Of a stretch of DNA of 64,000 nt, positions 10,724 to 19,841 are shown piece by piece. The notes under the pieces are model-generated. The model did no database searches. It had not been told where the DNA came from and saw only the letters and a program-made list of their open reading frames with translations. This DNA is from an uncultured beta proteobacterium (GTDB lineage Bacteria; Pseudomonadota; Gammaproteobacteria; Burkholderiales; SG8-39), in the NCBI GenBank assembly GCA_963716855.1, contig CAVQUV010000020.1, positions 77,271 to 141,270 of the forward strand. Reading direction: 5' to 3'. Within the stretch, counting starts at the first letter, position 1, and the number at the start of each line of letters is the position of its first letter. The translations under genes were made by a program, and so were the position numbers.

Positions 10724-10746
10724 AACTCGACCACAAAGGAGGAGAC

Positions 10747-11742
10747 ATGAAACGCAGAACGTTCCTTTCGTCGCTTGCCGCCGGCACCGTTGCCGCCGCG
10801 CTTGCGGGACCCGCGACCGCCCAGCAGACCATCACGCTGAACGGCGCGGTGCAGTTCAACGACGACCACGCGTTCACCAAGGCGCTGGTGCGGTTCGAGG
10901 AGCTGGTCAAGAAGTACTACGGCAAGCCGATCAACTTCACGCTGCACAAGAACAGCTCGCTCGGGCTCGAGAAGCAGTACTTCGAGTACATGGCGCAGGG
11001 CAAGGCGGTCGACTACGCGATCGTGTCGCCGGCGCACATGTCGACCTTCTCGAAGGCGGCGCCGTTCATCGACGCGCCGTTCCTCTTCCGCGACCTCAAC
11101 CACTGGAACAAGGTGCTCGACGCGGACGTCCTCAAGCCGGTCGCCGACGAGATCAACCAGAAGGCCGAGGTGATGCTGATCGGCTACGCGGGCGGCGGCG
11201 TGCGCAACATCTTCGCCAACAAGCCGGTGCGCAACCTGCAGGAGATGAAGGGCCTCAAGGTCCGCGTGCAGGGCGCGCCGATCTGGAGCAAGACCTTCCA
11301 GGCGGCGGGCATGGCGCCCACGGTGATCGCCTACAACGAGGTGTACAACGCGATCCAGAACGGCGTCATCCAGGCGGGCGAGAACGAGGCCGCCGGCGTC
11401 GAGGCGATGAAGTTCTACGAGGTCGGGCCGAACCTCAACATGACCGAGCACGCGATCACGATCCGGCCGCTGTGCTTCTCGACCAAGACCTTCAACAAGC
11501 TGCCGAAGGATCTCCAGGCGGCGATCGTCAAGGCGGGCAAGGAAGCCGGGGCGTACGGCCGGCAGGTCGAGTCGAGCGAGGACGCGCAGAAGCTCGACGC
11601 GCTGGAGAAGTCGGGCAAGCTGAAGCGGATCCCGTTCGCCGACCGCGCCCAGATGAAGAAGCTCGTCGATCCGGTGATGGCGGAGTACGCGAAGGAGATC
11701 GGCGCGGCGGACCTGCTGGCGAAGATCAACAACATCAAATAA
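10747..11742 (+). CDS. TRAP transporter substrate-binding protein (DctP family)
   Basis: 331 aa, RR-containing signal peptide MKRRTFLSSLAAGTVAAALAGPATAQQ; DctP-like sequence; followed by fused DctQM. Confidence 0.85.
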   Translation: MKRRTFLSSLAAGTVAAALAGPATAQQTITLNGAVQFNDDHAFTKALVRFEELVKKYYGKPINFTLHKNSSLGLEKQYFEYMAQGKAVDYAIVSPAHMSTFSKAAPFIDAPFLFRDLNHWNKVLDADVLKPVADEINQKAEVMLIGYAGGGVRNIFANKPVRNLQEMKGLKVRVQGAPIWSKTFQAAGMAPTVIAYNEVYNAIQNGVIQAGENEAAGVEAMKFYEVGPNLNMTEHAITIRPLCFSTKTFNKLPKDLQAAIVKAGKEAGAYGRQVESSEDAQKLDALEKSGKLKRIPFADRAQMKKLVDPVMAEYAKEIGAADLLAKINNIK

Positions 11743-11754
11743 CGCACGGCCGAG

Positions 11755-11786
11755 GCGGGCCGGCGGGGCGTCCCCCGCCGGCCCGC
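11755..11786 (+). other. Intercistronic GC-rich stem-loop between TRAP SBP and permease genes
   Basis: GCGGGCCGGCGGGG-cgtc-CCCCGCCGGCCCGC, 14-bp perfect stem, no T-tract. Confidence 0.7.
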
Positions 11787-11808
11787 GTCGTTGATCCAGG
11801 GAGAGAGC

Positions 11809-13644
11809 ATGCCGCAAACGCCGTCCGCAGCGCGCGAGCGCTGGCACCGCTTTACCGACTGGTACGCCTGGGTGCTGTCGTGGTTGCTCGTCGTTTCGGT
11901 CGCGATCTTGATCATCCCGGTGAGCCTGCAGATCTTCTCCCGCTACACCGAGCTGATCCCCTCCTATATCTGGACCGAAGAGATGGCGCGTTTCCTCTTC
12001 ATCTGGATGGTCATGATCGGCGCCATGGTCGGCGTCCGCGAGGGCACGCATTTCGAGGTCGACGTGTGGCCGCAGCTCGGCACGCGCGGCGCCGCGGCGC
12101 TCAGGATCGTGAGCGGGCTTGCGGTGCTCGCGCTCGCGCTGGTCTTCCTCTGGTTCGGCATCGAGTTCACCCGGTTCGCCTGGAACCGGATCTCGGAGCT
12201 CGCCGAACTGCCGCTCTGGCTCATCCACGTCGCCTGGCCGCTCACCGGCGCGACCTGGCTCGTCTTCCAGGGCGAGCGGATGGTCGACGACTTCGGCGTG
12301 CTCGCCGCCGGGGCGGCCGGCATGATGGGTGCGGCTTCGTTCTCGCCCGGAGAGGCAAGCCTCATCCTGTTCGGCGTGTTCTTCGGATTGATCGCGCTGC
12401 GGGTGCCGGTCGCCTTTGCGCTGGGTCTCGCCTGCCTGCCGATGCTCGTCGTCGAGGAGCATCTCTCGCCGATGACGCTCGTGCAGGAGACCTTCAACGC
12501 CTACAATTCGTTCATCCTGCTCGCGGTGCCGTTCTTCCTCCTCACCGCGAACCTGATGAACGTCGGCGGCATCACCGACCGACTCGTACTGCTCTCGCGC
12601 ACCATGGTCGGGCACTTTCCGGGATCGCTCGCGCAGATGAACGTGGTGCTGTCGATCTTCTTCGCCGGCATCTCGGGGTCCTCGACCGCGGACGCCGCGA
12701 GCCAGGGCAAGATCTTCATCGAGGCGCAGGTCAAGGAAGGCTACGACCGCAGCTTCTCGATCGCGATCACCGCCGTGTCGGCGGTGCTGGCGGTGATCAT
12801 CCCGCCGTCGATCCTGATGATCGTCTGGGGCGGCGTGCTCACGGTGTCGATCGGCGCGCTCTTCCTCGCGGGCGTGATCCCCGGGCTGCTGATCGGTCTG
12901 GTGCAGATGGCCACGGTGCACGTCTACGCCAAGCTGCGGAACTACCCGACCTATCCGCGCTCGACCTTGCGCGAGTTCGGGAGGGCGGCGGTGGTGTCGG
13001 TGCCGGCGCTGATGACGCCGTTCATCATCATCGGCGGCAAGATCTTCGGCTGGTTCACGGCGACCGAGTCGGCGTGCATCGCGGTGCTCTACGCCGGGAT
13101 TCTTTCGCTCCTCGTCTACCGGGAGATGGATCTCAAGGGACTGCACCAGGCGCTCCTCGACACCGGGAGGTTCTCCGGGATCGCCCTCTTCTGTGTCGGC
13201 ACCGCCTCGGCGTTCGGCTGGATGCTCGCCTACTACCAGATCCCCAAGGTGCTGCTCGCAGGCGTCCAGTCCTGGGGGATGGGGGTGACGGCCACCGGCT
13301 TTTTCATCGCCGCGGCGTTCCTGGTGGTCGGCTGCTTTCTCGATGCGATTCCGGCGATCATCATCGTCGGCACGATCCTCGAGCCGCTCGCGAAAGCGGT
13401 GCACATGGACCCGGTGCACTTCGCCATGGTCGGCATCGTCTCGCTTGCATTCGGCCTCGTCACGCCACCGTACGGGCTGTGCCTCATGATCTCGTGCGCG
13501 ATCGGGAATATGCGCCTCCTCGACGTCCTCAAGGACGTGACGATCATGCTCCTGCCGATGCTCGGCGTGCTCGCGCTCCTCATCATGTGGCCGGACGTCG
13601 CGCTCTGGCTTCCGCGGCAGATCTCGCCCGAGTTCCTGAAGTAG
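11809..13644 (+). CDS. TRAP transporter fused small/large permease (DctQ-DctM fusion)
   Basis: ATG 11809 after GGGAGAGAG; 611 aa, N-terminal ~170 aa DctQ-like 4-TM part followed by DctM-like 12-TM part. Confidence 0.85.
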   Translation: MPQTPSAARERWHRFTDWYAWVLSWLLVVSVAILIIPVSLQIFSRYTELIPSYIWTEEMARFLFIWMVMIGAMVGVREGTHFEVDVWPQLGTRGAAALRIVSGLAVLALALVFLWFGIEFTRFAWNRISELAELPLWLIHVAWPLTGATWLVFQGERMVDDFGVLAAGAAGMMGAASFSPGEASLILFGVFFGLIALRVPVAFALGLACLPMLVVEEHLSPMTLVQETFNAYNSFILLAVPFFLLTANLMNVGGITDRLVLLSRTMVGHFPGSLAQMNVVLSIFFAGISGSSTADAASQGKIFIEAQVKEGYDRSFSIAITAVSAVLAVIIPPSILMIVWGGVLTVSIGALFLAGVIPGLLIGLVQMATVHVYAKLRNYPTYPRSTLREFGRAAVVSVPALMTPFIIIGGKIFGWFTATESACIAVLYAGILSLLVYREMDLKGLHQALLDTGRFSGIALFCVGTASAFGWMLAYYQIPKVLLAGVQSWGMGVTATGFFIAAAFLVVGCFLDAIPAIIIVGTILEPLAKAVHMDPVHFAMVGIVSLAFGLVTPPYGLCLMISCAIGNMRLLDVLKDVTIMLLPMLGVLALLIMWPDVALWLPRQISPEFLK

Positions 13645-13656
13645 CGGGGAGAGCGC

Positions 13657-14461
13657 ATGATCACCGGCAAGACGCGTCTCCTCGCCATCGTCGGCGACCC
13701 GATCGACAAGGCCCGCTCGCCGGAGAGCTTCTGCCGTCTGTTCGAGCTGAACGGCCACGACGCGATCATGATTCCCGTCCACGTGAAGAGCGCAGATCTG
13801 GCACTCGTGATGGTCGGCCTGAAGGCGATCGCCAACCTCGACGGCATCGTGGCCACGATGCCGCACAAGGGTGCGACGGCCGGCTTCGCGGACGAGGTGC
13901 TCGAGACCGGCCGTCTCGTGGGCGCCGTGAATGCGCTCCGACGGAGTTCGGATGGCCGATGGGAGGCCGACATGTTCGACGGCCGCGGCTTCGTTGCGGG
14001 GTTGCGCGCGCACCGGCACGACCCGGCAGGCGAAGCGCGTCGCGCTGATCGGCGCGGGCGGTGCAGGCAGCGCAATCGCAGTCGCGCTCTGCCAGGCCGG
14101 CATCGCGGCGCTGTCGATCCGCGAGCTCGACGGGGCGAAGGCGGAGCGTCTGGCGGCGCTGTTGCGGGCGACGTTCCCGAAAGTCGAAGTGCGCGCCGGT
14201 GCGCCCGATCTTGCCACCGCGGACATCCTGATCAACGCCACGCCCATCGGCATGCAGCCCGGCGATCCGCTGCCATGGGATCTCGCAGCGTTGCGTCCCG
14301 GCACTATCGTCGGCGACGTGACGACGAAGCCCGAGGTCACGCCGTTCGTTGCGGCAGCGCGCGCCAAGGGCGCGGGGACCGTCACCGGCCGCGACATGTA
14401 CGAGGGCCAGGTGCGCGAGCTCGGCGCCTTTTTTGGCTATCCCTTCGTGAAGGTCGCATGA
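13657..14461 (+). pseudogene. Shikimate/quinate dehydrogenase family protein (AroE/YdiB-like), one extra base near 14032
   Basis: N-terminus (LLAIVGDPIDKARSPESF.., ATMPHK) is in frame 1 up to ..DPAG. The Rossmann part KRVALIGAGGAGSAIAVAL..INATPIGM.. is in frame 2 and ends at 14461. Junction: ggc-[g]-aag-cgc. Confidence 0.8.
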
Positions 14462-15300
14462 GCCCTCCCGACCCCGGCTTGTTGTCCCTCAACACCGCCA
14501 CGGTGCGCGAGAAATGTAACCTGCGGCAGGCGGCCGAAGCCTGCCGCCGACACAACATTCGTGGGATCTGCCCGTGGCGCGACAAGCTCGCGGAGATCGG
14601 CGCGAAGGAAGCCGCGCGCATCATCCGCGACAACGGGCTGACAGTGACCGGTCTCTGTCGCGGCGGATTCTTCCCCGCGCCCGACCGGAAAGGCCGCCAG
14701 GCCGCGATCGACGACAACCTGCGCGCGATCGAAGAGGCCGCGACGATCGAGGCGCGGTGCCTCGTCATCGTCGCGGGCGGGCTCGCGCAGGGCTCGAAGG
14801 ACCTCGGCGGCGCGCGCGACATGATTCGCGACGGCCTCGGCGCGATCTTCGACCACGCGCGCTCGTGCGGCGTGCCGATCGCGATCGAGCCGATGCACCC
14901 GATGTACGCGGCGGACCGCGGCTGCATCAACACCCTCGCGCAGGCGCTCGATCTGTGCGACGAGCTCGACGGGAAGAACGGCGCCGCGATCGGCGTCGCG
15001 GTCGACGTCTATCACGTCTGGTGGGACCCGCAGCTCAAGGCGCAGATCGAGCGCGCGGGCGAGAAGCGGCTGATGGGATTTCACATCTGCGACTGGCTCG
15101 TGCCCACGACCGACTTCCTGCTCGACCGCGGGATGATGGGCGACGGCGTGATCGACCTCCCGCTCGTCCGCTCGTGGATGGAGGCCGCCGGCTATCACGG
15201 CATGCACGAGGTCGAGATCTTCTCCAAGAACAACTGGTGGAAGAAGGACGCCGACGAAGTGCTCCTCACGTGCAAGAGGCGGCACGAAACGAGTGTGTGA
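14458..15300 (+). CDS. Sugar phosphate isomerase/epimerase (xylose-isomerase-like TIM barrel; same fold as 3-dehydroshikimate dehydratases)
   Basis: ATG 14458 overlaps upstream stop (ATGA); 280 aa with AP-endonuclease-2/xylose-isomerase-like TIM features (IAIEPMHP.., DVYHVWWD). Confidence 0.75.
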   Translation: MSPPDPGLLSLNTATVREKCNLRQAAEACRRHNIRGICPWRDKLAEIGAKEAARIIRDNGLTVTGLCRGGFFPAPDRKGRQAAIDDNLRAIEEAATIEARCLVIVAGGLAQGSKDLGGARDMIRDGLGAIFDHARSCGVPIAIEPMHPMYAADRGCINTLAQALDLCDELDGKNGAAIGVAVDVYHVWWDPQLKAQIERAGEKRLMGFHICDWLVPTTDFLLDRGMMGDGVIDLPLVRSWMEAAGYHGMHEVEIFSKNNWWKKDADEVLLTCKRRHETSV

Positions 15301-15351
15301 TGCAGTAGTGCGCCGCGTTGCGCCGCGGCGTCGCTGCGAGGACTGAACCTC

Positions 15352-16092
15352 ATGCCGCGCAGAATCTTTCTCGCGGGTGCTGCCGGCGCGATCGGCAGGC
15401 GGCTCGTATTGCTGCTCCTCGATGCCGGATACGTCGTCTTCGGGACCACGCGCTCCGCGACGAAGGCCGACGAACTGGAGGCCGGCGGCGTCAGGTCGAT
15501 CGTCGTCGACGTGTTCGATGCCCCGGCGCTCGCCCGCGCACTGGCCGGTGCTCGACCCGAAATCGTGATCCACCAGCTCACCGATCTGCCACGTGACCTC
15601 GACCCGAGCCTGATGGCCGAGGCGCTGGTTCGCAACTCGCGAATCCGCAGCGAGGGCACCCGGAACCTCGTTGCCGCGGCCCTCGGCGCGGGAGCGCGCC
15701 GGCTCGTCGCGCAGAGCATCGCCTGGGTGTACGCGGCCGGGTCCCCGCCTTACTCGGAGGAGGACCCGCTGGATATGCACGCCGACGGAACGCGCGCCGT
15801 CACCGTGGAAGGCGTCGTGGCGCTCGAGCGGTCGGTGACGACCGCGCGGCCGCTTGAGGGCGTCGTGCTGCGTTACGGCCAGCTTTATGGTCCGGGAACG
15901 GCGCGGGACGCTGCGGCCGGAACGGCGCCCGTGCACGTCGACGCGGCCGCTCACGCGGCCCTGCTCGCGATCGAGCGCGGGACGCCCGGGATCTTCAACG
16001 TCGCCGAGGACAATGGGTTCGTCTCGATCGCGAAAGCGCGCCGCGAACTCGGCTGGGATCCCGGCTTCCGGCTGGCACGCCGATTCGGATAG
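15352..16092 (+). CDS. NAD-dependent epimerase/dehydratase family protein (atypical SDR)
   Basis: 246 aa, N-terminal GAAGAIG Rossmann motif (IFLAGAAGAIGRRLV). Confidence 0.75.
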   Translation: MPRRIFLAGAAGAIGRRLVLLLLDAGYVVFGTTRSATKADELEAGGVRSIVVDVFDAPALARALAGARPEIVIHQLTDLPRDLDPSLMAEALVRNSRIRSEGTRNLVAAALGAGARRLVAQSIAWVYAAGSPPYSEEDPLDMHADGTRAVTVEGVVALERSVTTARPLEGVVLRYGQLYGPGTARDAAAGTAPVHVDAAAHAALLAIERGTPGIFNVAEDNGFVSIAKARRELGWDPGFRLARRFG

Positions 16093-16142
16093 CGGGCAGG
16101 ACCCGCACCGGTCGGTCCGGCATTCTCACGGGGGACGATTCA

Positions 16143-17193
16143 ATGCACCGCCTCGGAATCATCGGACTCGGGATGGCGCTCAAGCCGCACGCGCTGAGCC
16201 TCAGGGATCTCGCCGATCGCGTGGAGGTCGCCGCCGCATTCGCGCCGTCGGCCGCGCGGCGTGACGAAGCCGCGCGGGCTTGGGGCGTGCCGGTCGTCGA
16301 CTCGCTCGACCGGATCCTCGGCGACCGCTCGATCGACACGGTGCTGATCCTCACCCCGCCGTGGACGCACACCGATCTGGTGAACCAGGCCGCGGCGGCC
16401 GGCAAGCACGTGCTGCTCGAGAAGCCGGTCGAGGCAAACGCGGCGCGCGCCACCGCGATCGTCGAGGCCTGCGACCGGGCGGGCGTGCGCCTGGCGGTCG
16501 TGTTCCAGCACCGCTTTCGCCCGGCGTCGCTCGAGCTCGCGAAGCTGATGCGCGACGGCAAGCTCGGAAAGGTGCTTTCGGCATCGGCGACGATCCGCTG
16601 GTGGCGCCCGCCGGAGTACTACGGGGGAAGGGAAGGGGACCCCCGCACCAGCGGGACGCAGCCCGGGCGCGGGACGCTCGCGCGCGACGGTGGCGGGGTG
16701 CTGCTCACGCAGGCGATCCATACGCTCGACCTCCTGCTGCACCTCGTCGGACCCGCGGCCGAGGTCATGGCGTTCGTCGACACCAGCCCGCTGCGCGCGA
16801 TCGACACGGAGGACATCGTCGCAGGCAGCGTGCGCTACGCGAACGGCGCTTCGGGCGTCATCGACGCGACCACGGTGACCTATCCCGGCTATCCGGAGCG
16901 CATCGAGATCGCCGGCACGGCGGGCTCCGCGGTGCTCGAGGTCGAGACGCTGACGGTCCACTACATGAACGGGGAGCGTTTCCGAGCTGGCGGGCGCCTC
17001 GGCCGGCGGCGGCGGCGCGGACCCGATGGCCTTCTCCCACGATCATCACCGCCGGGTGCTGACGGAGTTCCTCGATGCGATCGACGGCCGGCGCGAGCCG
17101 ATGAACTCCGGACGCTCGGCGCTTCACGTCCAGCGGCTGATCGACGCGCTGCTCGCGTCCGGCCAGCGTAGCGCGCCGGTGCGGCTGAGTTAA
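16143..17193 (+). pseudogene. Gfo/Idh/MocA family oxidoreductase, one extra base near 16979-16981
   Basis: Frame 0 reads LGIIGLGMA.., LLEKP.. up to ..HYMNGER. The C-terminus SELAGASAGGGGADPMAFSHDHHRRVLTEFLDAIDGRREPMNSGRSALHVQRLIDALLAS.. continues in frame +1 to TAA 17191-17193. The junction lies at a ttt run. Confidence 0.8.
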
Positions 17194-17320
17194 CCCAATC
17201 CGGTTACCGCGCGACCGCGGAGCGCGGCCGGCTGTTGCCAGCACAATGCTGCCGACGCACGCGAGAGGGTAAAATCCCGGTCCTCCGCGTTCGAATCCCA
17301 TCTGTCATAGGAGTCCTCCC

Positions 17321-18343
17321 ATGAGCGAGCTCACCAAGGTCGCCCAAGCCATGGTCGCCCCCGGCAAGGGCATCCTGGCCGCCGACGAGTCCACCGGCAC
17401 CATTGAAAAGCGTTTCAAGTCGATCGCCATCGAGGCCATCGAGGAGAACCGTCGCGCCTACCGCGACATGCTGTTCACCACCCGGGGCCTTGGCGACCAT
17501 ATCAGCGGCGTGATCCTGTACGACGAGACCCTGCGCCAGAAATCCGCGGACGGGACGCCGTTCGCGGCGTTGCTCGCGCGCCTGGGCGTGCTGCCGGGCA
17601 TCAAGGTCGACGCCGGCACCGCCGACCTCGCGTTCTGCGCAGGCGAGAAGGTCACCGAGGGCCTCGACAAGCTCGCCAAGCGCGTGCAGGAGTACGTGAA
17701 GCTCGGCGCGAAGTTCGCGAAGTGGCGTGCGGTGATCACGATCGGCAAGGACATCCCGTCGACCACCTGCATCGCCGCGAATGCGCACGCGCTGGGGCGC
17801 TACGCCGCGATCTGTCTCGCGAACGGCCTCGTGCCGATCGTGGAGCCGGAAGTGCTGATGGACGGCGACCACACGATCGAGCGCTGCGAGGAGGTAACCG
17901 AGTGGACGTTGAACGCCGTGTATGAGGCGCTCTACATGAATCGCGTGACGCTCGAGGAGACGGTGCTCAAGCCCTCGATGGTCATCTCCGGCAAGGATTG
18001 CGCGCGGCAGGCGGGCACGGAGGAAGTGGCGGAGCGCACCGTGCGCGTGCTCAAGCGCTGCGTACCTGCGGCGGTAACCGGCATCGCGTTCCTCTCCGGC
18101 GGGCAGAGCGACGAGCAGGCCACCGCGAACCTCAACGCGATGAACCGGATGTACAAGGGCGGGCTGCCCTGGCCGCTGACGTTCTCGTACGGCCGCGCGC
18201 TGCAATCGCCGTCGCTGAAGGCGTGGAAGGGCGCCGCGGCGAACGTCCCGCAGGCCCAGGCATTGCTCGCGCACCGTTCGCGGATGAACGGCCTCGCCGC
18301 GAAGGGCGAGTATCGCGCCGAGCTCGAGAAGAAGGCCGCCTGA
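17321..18343 (+). CDS. fba: Fructose-bisphosphate aldolase, class I
   Basis: 340 aa with GILAADES, Schiff-base region and overall class I (eukaryote/Xanthomonas-type) aldolase sequence. Confidence 0.9.
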   Translation: MSELTKVAQAMVAPGKGILAADESTGTIEKRFKSIAIEAIEENRRAYRDMLFTTRGLGDHISGVILYDETLRQKSADGTPFAALLARLGVLPGIKVDAGTADLAFCAGEKVTEGLDKLAKRVQEYVKLGAKFAKWRAVITIGKDIPSTTCIAANAHALGRYAAICLANGLVPIVEPEVLMDGDHTIERCEEVTEWTLNAVYEALYMNRVTLEETVLKPSMVISGKDCARQAGTEEVAERTVRVLKRCVPAAVTGIAFLSGGQSDEQATANLNAMNRMYKGGLPWPLTFSYGRALQSPSLKAWKGAAANVPQAQALLAHRSRMNGLAAKGEYRAELEKKAA

Positions 18344-18346
18344 GAT

Positions 18347-18443
18347 GACCACCCCGCCCTCGCCTTGCTCGGGCACCCCTCCTCAGGGAGGAGGGGAGAC
18401 CACCCCGGCGCTGCGCGCCACCCCTCCTCAGGGAGGAGGGGAG
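18347..18443 (+). repeat. REP-like elements, copies B1 (18347-18398) and B2 (18398-18443), tandem
   Basis: B1 is nearly identical to copy A. B2 is GACCACCCCGGCGCTGCGCGCCA plus CCCCTCCTC-agg-GAGGAGGGG, the reverse complement of the units at 56146-56265. They fill the fba-purE intergenic space. Confidence 0.85.
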
Positions 18444-18445
18444 TG

Positions 18446-18928
18446 ATGCGCATTGTCGGCGTCGTCATGGGCAGCGCGTCCGACTGGGACGTGATGAAGG
18501 CGGCCGCCGAGCAGCTGAAGTCCTTCGGCGTTCCCTACGAGGCCCGCGCGCTGTCGGCACACCGCACGCCCGAGGCGCTCGAGCAGTGGATCGCGGCGCT
18601 CGAGAAGCAGGGCGCCGCCTGCTTCATCGCCGCAGCCGGCGGCGCGGCGCACCTCGCCGGCGTCGTCGCGGCGAAGACGACGCTGCCGGTGCTCGGGGTG
18701 CCGATGCCCTCGAAGCACCTGCAGGGGCTCGACTCGCTGCTCTCGATGGTCCAGATGCCCAAGGGCATCCCGGTCGCGACCTTCGCGATCGGCGACGCGG
18801 GCGCGGCGAACGCGGCGTTGTTCGCCGTGGCGCTTCTCGCGCTGGAGGACTCCGCACTGGCCGCGAAGCTCCGCGCGTTCCGCAAGGAGCAGGCCGAAAA
18901 AGTGATCGCGACGAAGCTGCCCGACTGA
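18446..18928 (+). CDS. purE: 5-(carboxyamino)imidazole ribonucleotide mutase (N5-CAIR mutase)
   Basis: ATG 18446 (alt GTG 18443), SD AGGAGG 6 nt upstream supplied by REP arm; 160 aa, [17 protein letters not shown] motifs. Confidence 0.9.
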   Translation: MRIVGVVMGSASDWDVMKAAAEQLKSFGVPYEARALSAHRTPEALEQWIAALEKQGAACFIAAAGGAAHLAGVVAAKTTLPVLGVPMPSKHLQGLDSLLSMVQMPKGIPVATFAIGDAGAANAALFAVALLALEDSALAAKLRAFRKEQAEKVIATKLPD

Positions 18929-18930
18929 CG

Positions 18931-19830
18931 ATGAGCGCCCTGTTCGAGTCCAGCCTCAAGAGCCTGCCCTTCCTGCACCGCGGCAAGGTGCGGGATCTGT
19001 ACGCCGTCGGCGACGACAAGCTGCTCGTCATCCAGACCGACCGCCTGTCGGCGTTCGACGTGATCCTCCCGACGCCGGTCCCCGGCAAGGGCCGGGTGCT
19101 GACCGCGCTTTCGAATTTCTGGTTCGAGAAGCTCGGCCACGTCATCCCGAACCACCTCACCGGTATCGCGCCCGAAACCGTGGTCGCCCCGGGCGAGCGC
19201 GACCAGGTCGCCGGGCGCGCGATGGTCGTGCGGCGCTTGAAGCCGGTGCTCGTCGAAGCGATCGCGCGCGGCTACATCATCGGGTCGGGGTGGAAGGACT
19301 ATCAGAAGACCGGCGCGGTCTGCGGCATTGCGCTTCCCGCGGGACTGCGCGAGGCGGAGAAGCTGCCGCAGCCGATCTTCACGCCCTCGACCAAGGCGGC
19401 GCTCGGCGCGCACGACGAGAACATCGCGTTCGCGGAGGTCGAGAAGCTGATCGGCGTCGAGCGCGCACGCGAGGTGCGCGATGCCACCCTGCGTCTCTAC
19501 ACCGAAGCCGCGGATTTCGCGCGCGGCAAGGGGATCATCATCGCCGACACCAAGTTCGAGTTCGGCACCGACGCCGCCGGGAAGCTGGTCCTGATCGACG
19601 AGGCGCTGACGCCCGACTCCTCGCGTTTCTGGCCGGCGGATCAGTACCGCGTCGGCATGAGCCCGCCGTCCTTCGACAAGCAGTACGTGCGCGACTGGCT
19701 CGAGTCTCAGAAGTGGAACAAGCAGCCGCCGGCGCCCCGTCTTCCCGCGGACGTGCTCGCACGCACCGCCGAGAAGTACCTCGAGGCGCTGCGCATGCTC
19801 ACCGGCCGAACGCTGGCCGAGTTCGGCTGA
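18931..19830 (+). CDS. purC: Phosphoribosylaminoimidazole-succinocarboxamide synthase (SAICAR synthetase)
   Basis: 299 aa; [22 protein letters not shown] motifs. Confidence 0.9.
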   Translation: MSALFESSLKSLPFLHRGKVRDLYAVGDDKLLVIQTDRLSAFDVILPTPVPGKGRVLTALSNFWFEKLGHVIPNHLTGIAPETVVAPGERDQVAGRAMVVRRLKPVLVEAIARGYIIGSGWKDYQKTGAVCGIALPAGLREAEKLPQPIFTPSTKAALGAHDENIAFAEVEKLIGVERAREVRDATLRLYTEAADFARGKGIIIADTKFEFGTDAAGKLVLIDEALTPDSSRFWPADQYRVGMSPPSFDKQYVRDWLESQKWNKQPPAPRLPADVLARTAEKYLEALRMLTGRTLAEFG

Positions 19831-19841
19831 CGCCCTTCCCG

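Noticed and set aside
10237-14397. 1386-aa ORF on the minus strand, the longest ORF in the window
   Set aside because: It is antisense to recognisable crotonase, TRAP and shikimate-DH genes. Its translation is Arg/Asp/His/Pro/Gly-rich low-complexity sequence with no motifs. This is the typical stop-free antisense frame of a high-GC3 genome.
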